A stretch of 64,000 nucleotides of DNA from an uncultured Acidimicrobiales bacterium (GTDB lineage Bacteria; Actinomycetota; Acidimicrobiia; Acidimicrobiales; VFJN01): contig CAVTKV010000013.1 in NCBI GenBank assembly GCA_963735395.1, positions 23,861 to 87,860 on the forward strand, in the 5' to 3' direction. Position numbers and translations under genes: made by a program. The notes beneath the pieces are model-generated. The model saw only the letters and a program-made list of their open reading frames with translations. It made no database searches and was not told the origin of the DNA. This document shows positions 1 through 9,729 of the stretch, piece by piece. Every line of letters starts with the position of its first letter. Position 1 is the stretch's first letter.

Positions 1-2
1 GC

Positions 3-158
3 GCGCAGGCCTATCTCGGGGACGAAGTATCCAAACAGCTCGCGCAAGTGGCCCGCGACGTCCGCGGCGCCGTCATCCCCGCGTCCGGTCACAACATCGC
101 GCTGGAGAACCCGGCCGCCCTGGCCCAGGCCTACCTCGACTTCTTCGCAGGCGGCTAA
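3..158 (+). CDS. alpha/beta hydrolase, C-terminal fragment (5' end lies outside the window)
   Basis: Frame +3 reads ...SGHNIALENPAALAQAYLDFFAGG*, the typical C-terminus of an alpha/beta-fold hydrolase, with the catalytic His in the SGHN context. Confidence 0.5.
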   Translation, partial: AQAYLGDEVSKQLAQVARDVRGAVIPASGHNIALENPAALAQAYLDFFAGG

Positions 159-322
159 GCCGCGGGTTCAGCCATGTGACCCAGCGGCGCGCGCCATAAC
201 TGCAGATTTCGCGCCCCGTCCATCTGTGCTCCGATCGTCCTGGCCAGACGAGCGCAGCGCGGGCAATAGGGCGCCCGGGTCCGGAGGCAAGGTACGCCTT
301 CGCAGCCTTCTTCCGCGGCTGT

Positions 323-736
323 GTGGGCGACCGAATCTCCGGTGTCCGGACTTCCGCCTGTGATGCCGGGTCGCGGCCGACGTGGCAATGTGAAGCGGTG
401 CTGGTGTTGATTCTTGTTGCAGGCGTTGTCTTGCTCAACGTAGTGAGTGTGCTCTTTCGGTCACGGACGCGGCGGAAGCTTGTCCTCGAGGAGCTAGCCG
501 CCAGGAATCTCACGATTCTGGAGTGCAAGTACACGTTCCAACCCTTCCGGCCGAACTGGAACGCGTACTTCTGGGTTCGCGCGGTGGATGAGATGGGTCG
601 ATCAATGTCGGGGCTTGCAACTGCAACGGGTCTTCTTCGCCGGAAGGTGTGGGTCAAGTGGGATGGTCCGGTGAACGATCGGCCGGCAAGTGCACTCGAC
701 GCGCTGCGTCGTCGACGTCGCCCTCCCGCGGCATGA
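323..736 (+). CDS. hypothetical small membrane protein
   Basis: 137-aa ORF in a locally lower-GC patch with one strongly hydrophobic helix (VLVLILVAGVVLLNVVSVLF). No recognisable family. Confidence 0.35.
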   Translation: MGDRISGVRTSACDAGSRPTWQCEAVLVLILVAGVVLLNVVSVLFRSRTRRKLVLEELAARNLTILECKYTFQPFRPNWNAYFWVRAVDEMGRSMSGLATATGLLRRKVWVKWDGPVNDRPASALDALRRRRRPPAA

Positions 737-1246
737 GGGTGGCAGCGCGCGAGGGCGACTCGGTCGCCGCATCGACGATGCCGCCGGGTGCCGCCCTTGC
801 GGGACACGGTGAGGGTGCGGTGTCCACGCTCGAGGCCGAGCGCGTCGATGTCGGCACCGAGCGCCTCGGAGATCCGCAGTCGTTGAGCGCCAGCATCAAC
901 GAGATGAGGGCGTGGTCGCGGGCACCGGTGAGACCCGCGGCCACGAAGACGGCACCGAACTCGTTGCGGTCGAGGCCAGTCGCGTGAGACTCGTAGTCGA
1001 GCCGGGGCCGTCGAACATGCACGGCCGGTGATCGGTCGATGAGACCTTCCTCATCGGTGTAGCGGTCCTAGGTGCCATCGACAGGGACGGAGTCTCGGCA
1101 GTCGGAACGTGCTCCCAAACGTCCCAGATCCCCGGCTTGGCGCCGGTGACCAAGCCTGACGACTGTCGCCTCGCAGACCATCTGTCATCTCGGGGTCGTA
1201 TCGATCAGCGCAGCCGAGCTCAACGGAGTTCGGAGGGCCGGCGCCT

Positions 1247-2179
1247 CTACGGACCACCCAGCCGGTGCAGCACGACGTCGAGCGCCGGCCAGGGCGGACC
1301 CTCGCCCAGGCTCTCCTGAACGCACCGCGCGAACAGCCACTGCCGGACCCGCCCGGCGTCCAGACCGGCCAGGTCGGTGACCTCGGTCAACAGCCCGATC
1401 GGGTCGGCCTGCAGCGACCCGTTGCAGTTCAGCAGGTGCTGCAGCACGTCGTAGTGCGGGTCGCCGACGTACGGCTTGGGGTCGATGAGCAGCCACGGGC
1501 GGCGCTCGCCGGACAGCACGTTGCCGGCGTGCAGGTCGGTGAACAGCAGCACCTCGGTCGGCCCGGTGCGCGACAGCTCGCGGAACAGCGCCAGCCCCTC
1601 GCGGGCCAGCCCGCGGTCGAGTCGTCCCGGTTCGGCGGCGAGCCGCGCCTCGGCGCACACCACCCAGTCGTCGGCCATCACCGACAGCGGACGAAACGGG
1701 TGGTCGGACGGCAGGTCGACGGCCCAGACCGACCGAAGCAGGTCGGTGATGACGACGTGCTGCTCGGCCTCGGGGCGTCCGCGCAGCTCGGTCCCGGGGC
1801 GGCACCGCTCGAGCAGCATCGCGGTGGTGTCGATGTCGCCGTCCGGTCCACCTCCGGGCCGGGCCGCCGCCAGGTGCTCGAACGCGTGCACCTCGACCGC
1901 CCCCTGGCCGCCGAGCGCGGCCAGCCCCTCCGCCTCGTGCAGCGCCTCGGTGTGCTGCCACGCCACCTTGAGCACGACCTCGCGTCCGTCGCGGTCGGTG
2001 CCCGGCGCGACCCACGAGCAGTTGCCGCCCGGCTCGAACGGCTCGCCGAGGTCCAGCCCCCAGCGCGCGGTCAGCTCCTCGACCCGGTCCGGCAGCGCGG
2101 CCAGCCACTCCACCCGCGCCGGCCCGCCGACATCGGTCGACGCCTGCAGGTAGGTGGGCACGCGCAGCTTCGCGGTCAT
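1247..2179 (-). CDS. aminoglycoside phosphotransferase (APH) family kinase, streptomycin-6-kinase-like
   Basis: The C-terminal 310 aa of the long 1247..3184 ORF (from MTAKLRVP...) carry APH signatures such as ...LKVAW..., HLDLHAGNVL-like 'FTDLHAGNVLS' and DPKPYVGDPHYD. ATG at 2177-2179 on the minus strand. Confidence 0.8.
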   Translation of the reverse strand: MTAKLRVPTYLQASTDVGGPARVEWLAALPDRVEELTARWGLDLGEPFEPGGNCSWVAPGTDRDGREVVLKVAWQHTEALHEAEGLAALGGQGAVEVHAFEHLAAARPGGGPDGDIDTTAMLLERCRPGTELRGRPEAEQHVVITDLLRSVWAVDLPSDHPFRPLSVMADDWVVCAEARLAAEPGRLDRGLAREGLALFRELSRTGPTEVLLFTDLHAGNVLSGERRPWLLIDPKPYVGDPHYDVLQHLLNCNGSLQADPIGLLTEVTDLAGLDAGRVRQWLFARCVQESLGEGPPWPALDVVLHRLGGP

Positions 2180-2666
2180 GCGGCACACCGTACGGTTCGG
2201 GTCGACGACCGGCTCGCGGGAGGTACGTAGGAGCCGACCTGACTCGATAGGGGCTGTTGTGATGCTCATGCGCACCGATCCACGATGGCGGAGGGTCGCA
2301 CCGACCGGCTGCGTAAGGCGCTCCGACGGCCCGGTGCCCCAGAACGCCGCTGTGAGGACTACTCGCCGACGCGTCATCGTCAGCGTGAGCGGCAACGCCC
2401 AACGACGAGGCGCTGCTCCGCAATAGTTACCGACGGTGCGAAGCCCGCGACCAGGGCATACGCGCCGCGCGGGCTGCCTGACAACGCCGACTCGGGCGCA
2501 TATCCGGTGTTCTCGGACAGGTCCGGGTGCGCGAGAAGTGCTGTCGGCGGCTCGGCGCCGCAGAGTGTCGAGCGAGTTCGCGTCGGTTGGCCGATCTTCA
2601 AGGCGCGCACCGGCCGAGCGAGCCGTCGCCGAGCAGTTGGCGGCCATCTTCACGCCCGCGCCGAGG

Positions 2667-3824
2667 TCATCTGTGGTGTTGCAGGTGCTGGTTGAGTCGC
2701 GCTGCTTGGCGCGTCTGATGGTCGCGTTCTGCGAGGTTGGGTGCGTTGCGAGCTGCGTTGGCATACAGGCGGGCAGCGAGTTCGAGATCGCCGTTCTTCT
2801 CGTGGAGGTACGCGGCGACCGCGTCGCGCCGCGGGACGTGTTCGTCGACCTCGGCCAGTGCCGCCAGTCCTGCGGCCGCGCCGTCGGCCTCGCCGACTGC
2901 GACCGCACGGTTGAGCCGGACGATCGGAGTGTCGGCGAACCGGAGTAGCTCGTCGTACCACTCCACGATCTGGACCCAGTCGGTCTCCTCGACACGCGGC
3001 GCGTCGGCATGGAGCGCGGCGATCGCCGCTTGCGCCTGGTATTCGCCGAGCTGATCGCGCGCGAGCGCAGCCTGTGCGATGTCGATCCCCTCGGCGATGA
3101 GCCCGGTGTCCCACTGGCTGCGGTCCTGATCGGCGAGAGGCACGATGCTTCCGTCCGATCGGGTGCGGCTGCGGCGGCGGGCATGGTGGAGGAGCATGAG
3201 GGCGAGCAACCCGTGGACCTCCGGGTCGTCCACCAAGGCAGTCAGCTGCCGGGTCAGTCGGATCGCCTCGGCCGCGAGATCGACGTCGCCGGAATAGCCC
3301 TCGTTGAAGACGAGGTACAGCACCCGCATCACCGTCCGCACGTCGCCGGGACGATCGACACCGGCCCGACTGACCATGCGCTTGGCGCGACTGATGCGCT
3401 GCGCCATGGTGGGCTCGGGCACGAGGTATGCCCGAGCGATCTGGCGAGTGGTGAGGCCACCCACGGCTCGGAGGGTCAAGGCAACCGCCGACGACGACGT
3501 CAGATCGGGGTGCGCGCACAGGAAGTAGAGGCGCAGCGTGTCGTCGGCGCTCGGGATCGCGCCCGCCGGCGGTTCGGTGTCGAACCGGACCTCTCGGTCG
3601 CGGCGCGCGGCGTCTGACCGCACGATGTCGAGGAAGGCTCTCCAAGCGACCGTGATGAGCCACCCTGTGGGGTCGGCGGGCGGCTCGTCCCCCCATGCGG
3701 ACAGCGCCCGGATGAGCGCCTCTTGTACGGCGTCCTCGGCCGTCGCGAAGTCCGCACCGCGACGGACGAGGACGCTCAAGACCTGTGGGACGAGTTCGCG
3801 CAGCTCGACCTCGTCCACGGTCAC
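2667..3824 (-). CDS. RNA polymerase ECF-type sigma-70 factor with a long C-terminal extension (YciI-associated type)
   Basis: Sigma region 2 and region 4 motifs (EDAVQEALIRAL..., ...TRQIARAYLVPEPTMAQRISRAKRM...) followed by a roughly 200-aa extension. The GTG start at 3824 overlaps the TGA stop of the upstream YciI-like gene (GTGA). Confidence 0.85.
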   Translation of the reverse strand: MTVDEVELRELVPQVLSVLVRRGADFATAEDAVQEALIRALSAWGDEPPADPTGWLITVAWRAFLDIVRSDAARRDREVRFDTEPPAGAIPSADDTLRLYFLCAHPDLTSSSAVALTLRAVGGLTTRQIARAYLVPEPTMAQRISRAKRMVSRAGVDRPGDVRTVMRVLYLVFNEGYSGDVDLAAEAIRLTRQLTALVDDPEVHGLLALMLLHHARRRSRTRSDGSIVPLADQDRSQWDTGLIAEGIDIAQAALARDQLGEYQAQAAIAALHADAPRVEETDWVQIVEWYDELLRFADTPIVRLNRAVAVGEADGAAAGLAALAEVDEHVPRRDAVAAYLHEKNGDLELAARLYANAARNAPNLAERDHQTRQAARLNQHLQHHR

Positions 3825-4228
3825 TGCGTGACGGTGGGTGGCGCGGTCAGGAAGGGCCGGACCTCCAGCCATTCGTGGATCGGTTCGCCGCCGGCCCCAG
3901 GTGCTGCCGACAGCTCACCGGCAAGCTCGATCGCTCGCTCGTAGCTGTCGACGTCGATCACATACCATCCGGCGATCAGGTCCTTCGTTTCGGCAAACGG
4001 GCCGTCGGTCACCGGCGGTCGCCTCTCGCCGTCGTAGCGGACCCACACGCCGTCGGGCGACAGCGCCTGTACGTCGATGAACTCGCCGCTGCTCTCGAGC
4101 CGAGCTGCGAAGTCGTTCATGAACCGAATGTGGGCCTCGACCTCGTCGGGCCTCCACTGGTCCATCGGGACATCGTTGACGGGGCCCGGCGCGCCCCGGT
4201 AGTGCTTGAGCAACAGGTACTTGGCCAT
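3821..4228 (-). CDS. YciI-like (DGPF domain) protein
   Basis: MAKYLLLKHYRGAPGP...DGPFAETKDLIAGWYVIDVDSYERAIELA matches the YCII-related domain. A strong RBS (AAAGGAGAA) precedes the ATG at 4228. The gene is translationally coupled to the downstream sigma factor gene. Confidence 0.85.
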   Translation of the reverse strand: MAKYLLLKHYRGAPGPVNDVPMDQWRPDEVEAHIRFMNDFAARLESSGEFIDVQALSPDGVWVRYDGERRPPVTDGPFAETKDLIAGWYVIDVDSYERAIELAGELSAAPGAGGEPIHEWLEVRPFLTAPPTVTQ

Positions 4229-5018
4229 GGTGTTCTCCTTTGTGTGACGCCGGCCCTGCCGGCCGGATACACCCTGGGACGGAGCAGGCCTCCAATTCTC
4301 GACATCTTCGCCGGGAGTTCGGCACGAAAGCTCTGAGGACGAGTCAGAGCGCATCGACCCCAGCCACGCACCAGGCGAATCGTCCGGCACGATCCAGCCG
4401 GCGTGCCGTGTCAGGCAACGTTTGACGCGGCACCAGCCGCCGCAGGGCGGCTAAAGCCGACACCAGGCACCGTTTGCCTCGTCGGTGGCGTGACTTCGCC
4501 GACGTTAGGACGCTCCTGCATCGGCGTGGGGGTGTTGAGGGCGGCTGCCGTGCGGGAGCAACGTCAAGGATCCGAACGGGCCACGGCTCGGACAGCCTCG
4601 CCAAGCCGGCAGCGGTGCTCATGCGACGGCGTCGGCGACGAGGTCGGGCCGGTCGAGCTCAACGCAATGCCCGGCGTCCGGTACCGAGAGTCGCCGGAAC
4701 TCGGCGTCGCGGCATGGTCTCTGCGACTCGCTCGCCGACACGCGCTCTTCACGACCAGCGTCCCCTGAGACCGGGACGGTGCCTCACTCCTACTGTCAAT
4801 GGCAGCGCGAATAGAGCGCCCCGGCCCAAGGCGCACGGTGAGGCGGGCGGAGCGTCACCGGCCGGCACCCACCGCCCTTCGCCCGATCTGGGCGCGGTTC
4901 CTCGGAACCGCCTTCGAGAGTTCCGCGGGCGCCGATCGCGGGCACGGGCGCGCGGCCGTGTCGAGCCTCCGACGCCCACTGCTGCGCGGATGCCGTACCG
5001 CGCGGCACGCGCCGTCCT

Positions 5019-5861
5019 CTACCCGAGCGCGAGCATCGCCTCGGCGACCTCGCCGGCCGCCGCATCGGGGATCGCAGTGGCGGCCTCCTCGAGGACGAGC
5101 AGCCGCGCCCCGGGGATCTCGCGCGCGATCGCCTCGCCGTTGCCGACGGGGAAGAACGGGTCGCGGCGGCCGTGGACGACGAGCGTGGGGACCTCGATCT
5201 CGGGCAGGCGCTCGCGCCAGCGGGGTTTGCAGTCGAGCTTGGAGAACACCATGCCCATCTGGTTGGCCATCTGGACCGGGGGTGCGGTGCCGGGCGTGCG
5301 GTCCCAGATGCGCGCGGCGATCGCGCGCGCGGCGACGGGGTCGTCGCCGAGGATCTCCGCGCCGGCGGCGGCGAACTCCGCCACCGCCTCGCGGTCGGTC
5401 CAGTCGGGCATCGGATGCGCGAACAGCCGGCTCATCGTCGCCTGGTCATGGTCGGGGAGGTCATCGTCGGGCGGGCCGGGCGCGACCGCGCGGGTGCCGA
5501 CCAGGGTGAGCGCCGAGAACGCGCCCGGATGGTCGAGCGCGGCCACCTGGGCGACCATCCCGCCGACGCCGATCCCCGCGAGGTGCGCGGGCCCGCCGCC
5601 GAGCGCGTCGGCAAGGGCCGCCGCGTCGGCGGCGAGGTCGCGCAGGGTGTAGGCGGGCGCCTCCGGGTCCGCCGTCGTCGACTCGCCGCTATCGCGCAGG
5701 TCGTAGCGCACCACGCGGCGCCCGCCGGCGGCGAGGCGCTCGCAGAGCGCGTCGGGCCAGGAGAGCATCGTCGTCCCGCCCGCGAGCAGGACGAGTGGTG
5801 CGTCGTCGTCACCGAAGGACTCGATGCCCAGGGCGACCCCATTGGCGTTGACGGTGGTCAT
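5019..5861 (-). CDS. alpha/beta hydrolase
   Basis: 280-aa ORF with a nucleophile-elbow-like GIGVGGMVA, an HGRRDPFFP C-terminal motif and the typical fold length. Confidence 0.85.
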   Translation of the reverse strand: MTTVNANGVALGIESFGDDDAPLVLLAGGTTMLSWPDALCERLAAGGRRVVRYDLRDSGESTTADPEAPAYTLRDLAADAAALADALGGGPAHLAGIGVGGMVAQVAALDHPGAFSALTLVGTRAVAPGPPDDDLPDHDQATMSRLFAHPMPDWTDREAVAEFAAAGAEILGDDPVAARAIAARIWDRTPGTAPPVQMANQMGMVFSKLDCKPRWRERLPEIEVPTLVVHGRRDPFFPVGNGEAIAREIPGARLLVLEEAATAIPDAAAGEVAEAMLALG

Positions 5862-6046
5862 CGGATCACCGTAACCGGAGCCTCGATCCGGCGTTCGGTG
5901 ATACCTCGGTCCCCTCGAAATGGTGCGCGTTCTGGGACACCGGTCGGTGAGCGACAGCTGTGAGCAGATCGCCGACTCGGGCGCGCGACGTCAGGTCACG
6001 GGAGGGGTTGCGTGCTCGCAGGAGTTGCCTGCCCGCGACCGGTCCT

Positions 6047-6679
6047 TCAGGGATTGGCGGCCCTGGCTTCGCTCGGCGGCGTGGTATTTCGCAGAGAGGC
6101 GGTGGGCGAGCGATCGTCCGAGTAGACGACCTCGTGCGAAGCGACGAGTTCGGAGTCGATCATCTCTCGGCGGCTTCGCTCGCTCGTCTTGTCGAGCACC
6201 GTGGTCTCGTAGGCGGCGCGCAGCTGATCGCTCGCACGCGGTGCATCCGGGTCGGGGCGCGGGACGCCGAGGTGGAGCTCGCGCAGTTCGTCGATCATCG
6301 CCGCTACTAGCTCGGGGCCCCCGTCGCGAAGCAATTCGGCGCGGACCCGTAGGCGGCGCTCGCCGTGGCGGTGGGCGAGGCCCCAGTTGCCGAGCGCGAC
6401 CATGACCGGGAGCACTTGGATGCCTGCCTCGGTGAGCGAGTACGCCGCCCGCTGCCCACGGCGAGCGTCGTCGCGGGTGAGCAGCCCGGCGGCCACGAGC
6501 TGCTTGAGGCGGCTGGCGAGGATGTTGGTGGCGATGCCCTCTTCGGAGCCGGCGATCAGCTCGCGGAAGTGGCGGTGGTTGCCGAACATGATGTCGCGCA
6601 GCACGAGCATCGCCCACGGGTCGCCGAGCACCTCGACGGCGGCGTTGATCGCACATCCCGAACGTGGGGCGGTGACCAT
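6047..6679 (-). CDS. HxlR-family winged-helix transcriptional regulator (with C-terminal extension)
   Basis: CAINAAVEVLGDPWAMLVLRDIMFGNHRHFRELIAGSEEGIATNILASRLKQLVAAGLL is the canonical HxlR/DUF24 HTH. The gene is divergent from a DHFR-family gene. Confidence 0.8.
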   Translation of the reverse strand: MVTAPRSGCAINAAVEVLGDPWAMLVLRDIMFGNHRHFRELIAGSEEGIATNILASRLKQLVAAGLLTRDDARRGQRAAYSLTEAGIQVLPVMVALGNWGLAHRHGERRLRVRAELLRDGGPELVAAMIDELRELHLGVPRPDPDAPRASDQLRAAYETTVLDKTSERSRREMIDSELVASHEVVYSDDRSPTASLRNTTPPSEARAANP

Positions 6680-6776
6680 GCGCTCCTCCAAAGTGCTTGC
6701 AATCTGCCACTGCTTCACCTTGCGTTAGCGACAACCAGTTGCACATCGCAACCACTCCACCGCACGGGAGGCAGCC

Positions 6777-7433
6777 ATGTCCCAGGTCCGTGTCCACAAC
6801 TTCTCGATCTCCCTGGACGGGTTCGGGACCGGCGACTGCATCACGTTCGACGCCCCGTTCGGTCACGCCGGGGAACGCCTGCACGAGTGGATGTTCGCCA
6901 CCCGATTCTGGCGGTCGATGGTCGGCGATACCGGCGGTACCGCGGGTGTCGACCACTCCTTCGCCGAACGCCATGGCCTCGGCATCGGTGCCGAGATCAT
7001 GGGCCGGGGCAAGTTCGGCGTGCAGACCGGTCCGTGGACCGATGTCGGCACCGACGACGAGTGGCGCGGCTGGTGGGGGCCGAACCCGCCGTTCCACACG
7101 CCGGTGTTCGTGCTCACGCATCACCCGCGCCCGTCGATCGAGATGGAAGGCGGCACCGTGTTCCACTTCGTCGACGCCAGCCCGCAGGAGGCGCTCGACC
7201 GCGCCCGGGAGGCAGCCGGCGACCTCGACGTGCGCATCGGCGGTGGCCCGACGGTCGTCCGCGACTTCCTCGCCGCCGAACTCATCGACACGCTCCACGT
7301 CGTGCAGGTGCCGATCCTGCTCGGCCGCGGCGTTCGCCTGTGGGACGGCGTCGAGGGCGTCGAGGAGCGCTACGACGTCGAGGCGGTCTCCTCACCGAGC
7401 GGTGTCACCCACCTCACCTTCACACGTCGATAG
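6777..7433 (+). CDS. dihydrofolate reductase family protein (RibD C-terminal domain)
   Basis: MSQVRVHNFSISLDGFGTGD...GRGKFGVQTGPW...LHVVQVPILLGRGVRLWDG is typical of the YwjB/RibD_C family. It forms a divergent pair with the HxlR regulator. Confidence 0.85.
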   Translation: MSQVRVHNFSISLDGFGTGDCITFDAPFGHAGERLHEWMFATRFWRSMVGDTGGTAGVDHSFAERHGLGIGAEIMGRGKFGVQTGPWTDVGTDDEWRGWWGPNPPFHTPVFVLTHHPRPSIEMEGGTVFHFVDASPQEALDRAREAAGDLDVRIGGGPTVVRDFLAAELIDTLHVVQVPILLGRGVRLWDGVEGVEERYDVEAVSSPSGVTHLTFTRR

Positions 7434-7557
7434 CCGGTCCTGCGGACGTCCGACGAGGTCTACGCCTTCCCAGCGGCCTGAGCGGCGGCCAAGCTGCCGG
7501 GGCCGCTGACGTACTGCTCGTACGGTGGACGACCGAGCGCGAGTGTGTCGTCTGTTG

Positions 7558-7998
7558 TCAACGGTGAGGCGACGTGTCGAGGGACCGCGCGGTAACGATC
7601 CAGGCGCGTGAGTCAAAGAGCACGCCGTCGCTGGTGTGGTGGGCTGCGAGGCTGGCTCGCAGTCGGTCGAGCGCCCTCTCAGCGGTGGCGACGTCAAGGG
7701 TGGCGAGGAGGTCGCTGGTGTGCCGCAAGCGACGTACGGCGTCGAAGGCCGCGTCGCAGTTCTCGCCGTAGTACACGAGTTCCTCCACGGCGGCGTCGTC
7801 GCCGCTTCCGCGGCCCGGCCATCGCTGCCTGACGCGAGCGTGCGGAGAAGCGCACCGATCGACCGCTTTGGGCGCGCTCGATGACAACGCGGGTGTCCCA
7901 AACGAGCGCCCCCCACCTCGAACGTGCGGAAGGGCACGAACTCGGCCCACTCGTTCCCAGAGCCGCACGATTCCCGGGTAGCGCTCGTCCTCGAGCAC
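7558..7998 (-). CDS. hypothetical protein, possibly frameshifted
   Basis: The N-terminal MLEDERYPGIVRLWERVG is protein-like, and a second frame (7392..8000) carries ...NEWAEFVPFRTFEVGG... over the same span. A C7 homopolymer run at about 7910 suggests an indel. The C-terminal part AAVEELVYYGENCDAAFDAVRRLRHTSDLLATLD... is in the first frame. Confidence 0.25.
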   Translation of the reverse strand: MLEDERYPGIVRLWERVGRVRALPHVRGGGRSFGTPALSSSAPKAVDRCASPHARVRQRWPGRGSGDDAAVEELVYYGENCDAAFDAVRRLRHTSDLLATLDVATAERALDRLRASLAAHHTSDGVLFDSRAWIVTARSLDTSPHR

Positions 7999-8050
7999 AT
8001 CGCTGCGCGTCAGGCGCGCCTCCGCGTGGCTCCGACTAGCGACGACGAGC

Positions 8051-8329
8051 TCAACCGTCCCCGAGCCCGACGGCCTCGGGCCGGTCGAGCGTGATGCGGC
8101 CGACCGCCGGGTCGTCGGCCAGCCGTAGCACGTCGCTCGGGCGGAGAGCGCAGGCCACCGCTCCCACGAGCGGCATAGCCGTTACCGCCGCGCCGCCGTC
8201 GACCCGGGCGACGGCGGCGCGGACCCGCTCTGAGTCGTGCTCGGCGCCGGGGGAGCGGACGCCCTCGACCATGATGTCGATGGGGACATCCGGCTCCGTC
8301 GCGAGCCGATCCTCGACGGTCCGGCGAAC
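8051..8329 (-). CDS. small peptidase-inhibitor-I9 (subtilisin propeptide)-like protein
   Basis: ...VPIDIMVEGV...RVRAAVARVDGGAAVTAMPLVGAVACALRPSDVLRLADDPAVGRITLDRPE resembles the I9 propeptide pattern (gg.v...y..i.gfa..l....l..L...p.V.yvE.D). It lies immediately downstream of the S8 protease gene, in a different frame. Confidence 0.45.
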   Translation of the reverse strand, partial: VRRTVEDRLATEPDVPIDIMVEGVRSPGAEHDSERVRAAVARVDGGAAVTAMPLVGAVACALRPSDVLRLADDPAVGRITLDRPEAVGLGDG

Positions 8330-8355
8330 GAGCTCTGGTAGGGGATCCGGCCTGC

Positions 8356-9633
8356 TCACATCAGCGCGCCGTAGGCGTTCACCAGGCCGTAGCCCGCCTG
8401 GTTCGGGGCGAGGGGCAGGTCCTCGCAGCTGCGCTCGAGCAGCTTGCGCACCATCCGCGGCCGGAGCGAGCCGTCCCGCTCGAGCAGCAGCGCCACCAGG
8501 CCAGCCACGTGGGGCGACGCCATCGACGTGCCCGACAGCGCAGCGAACGTGCCGCCGGGGAAGGTCGAGGTGATGATGCCGCCCGGCGCCGCCAGGTCGG
8601 GCTTCGTCAGCTCGATCGACGACGTGGGGCTGAGCCGCCCGCTGCCGGGCCCGATGCTCGAGAACCACGAGAGCTGCTTGTCCTTGTCGACCGAGCCGAC
8701 CGTGATCGCCCCGCGGGCCGCGCCGGGGTGGCGGATGTTGTGCTGCGGCGGCGTGGCCGACGCCCCCTCATTGCCCGCCGCCACCACCGCGACGACGCCG
8801 AGCCGCACGACGTTGTCGACGGCCTGGCAGAGGATGCAGTCGGCGTCGTTGCACAGCCAGCCGTGGTAGATCTCGCTCCATCCGAGGCTCAGGTTCACGA
8901 CGTCGGCGCCCCGCAGGAACGCCTGCTGGAGGCCGGCGATGACCCACGACGGCTGGGCGAAGTTCGCGGCATCGAGCACCTGCACGTTGATCAGCGAAGC
9001 GCCGGGCGCGACACCGCGGTACACGGGGTCGGAGCTGGCGATGATCCCCGCTACGTGCGTGCCGTGGTAGCCGGGGACGAAGCCGCCGCCGGTGGCGTCG
9101 AACGAGTCCTTGACCCGGCCGAACAGCGCCGGATGGGTGTCGTCGATCCCGCTGTCGGCGACGGCGACCGTGACCGTGTCGCCGGTGGCGGTGAAGCCCG
9201 GCGACGCCAGGTCGGCGACCGCGTCGGGCAGCTCGATGACCTTGACGCTCTCGCTCAAGAGCGCGACCTGCTCGCGGTGGTCGCTGACGACGACCGTGAC
9301 CTCATCACGGGCTGCGACGGCATCGATCTCGGCCTCGGTGAGCTCGGCGCGGACCGACCTCGCCAGCGGCATCAGCTCCGCCTCGCGATCGTCCAGGTCG
9401 GCGATCGCGGCCTCGACCGGACCAGCCACATCGTGTAGCTGGTCGGCCATCTCGGTCACGACCGCACCGCGGTCGCCGCTATCGCCGTCCACCTCCGGGG
9501 ACCCGTCCAGCACGAGCAGCACCGGGTGGCGCAGATCCTCGGCCGCCGGCTCTTCCGTCGCCATCGCCGCCCCGCGACGCTTGCTCTCCTCCACCCGCGC
9601 CACAAGGCGCGGCTCCATCTTGTCGGTGGTCAT
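8356..9633 (-). CDS. S8 family subtilisin-like serine protease (no signal peptide; acidic N-terminal region)
   Basis: Catalytic triad motifs VADSGID (Asp), HGTHVAGII (His) and GTSMASPHVAG (Ser). The N-terminus is acidic and lacks a signal peptide or TM segment. Confidence 0.9.
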   Translation of the reverse strand: MTTDKMEPRLVARVEESKRRGAAMATEEPAAEDLRHPVLLVLDGSPEVDGDSGDRGAVVTEMADQLHDVAGPVEAAIADLDDREAELMPLARSVRAELTEAEIDAVAARDEVTVVVSDHREQVALLSESVKVIELPDAVADLASPGFTATGDTVTVAVADSGIDDTHPALFGRVKDSFDATGGGFVPGYHGTHVAGIIASSDPVYRGVAPGASLINVQVLDAANFAQPSWVIAGLQQAFLRGADVVNLSLGWSEIYHGWLCNDADCILCQAVDNVVRLGVVAVVAAGNEGASATPPQHNIRHPGAARGAITVGSVDKDKQLSWFSSIGPGSGRLSPTSSIELTKPDLAAPGGIITSTFPGGTFAALSGTSMASPHVAGLVALLLERDGSLRPRMVRKLLERSCEDLPLAPNQAGYGLVNAYGALM

Positions 9634-9729
9634 CTCGACGCTCCTTCCATCCGTCTGCGTCGACCAGGAGAGAGCGCCGCGGCCGCCAACCAGATACGTC
9701 TGTGCGCCACCTCGCCCGATCCGCCGGCG

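Noticed and set aside
1185-3184. Very long ORFs (1185..2423 412 aa, 1247..3184 645 aa, 1265..2230 +) overlapping the APH gene
   Set aside because: These are typical high-GC antisense and read-through ORFs with Arg/Pro/Ala-rich translations. Only the C-terminal 310 aa of 1247..3184 is APH-like. The rest is spurious.
4474-7298. ORFs 4474..5652 (+), 5172..5963 (+), 5991..7298 (-) and 6365..7567 (+)
   Set aside because: They are antisense or out of frame relative to well-supported genes (alpha/beta hydrolase, HxlR, DHFR-like) and have low-complexity R/G/P-rich translations.
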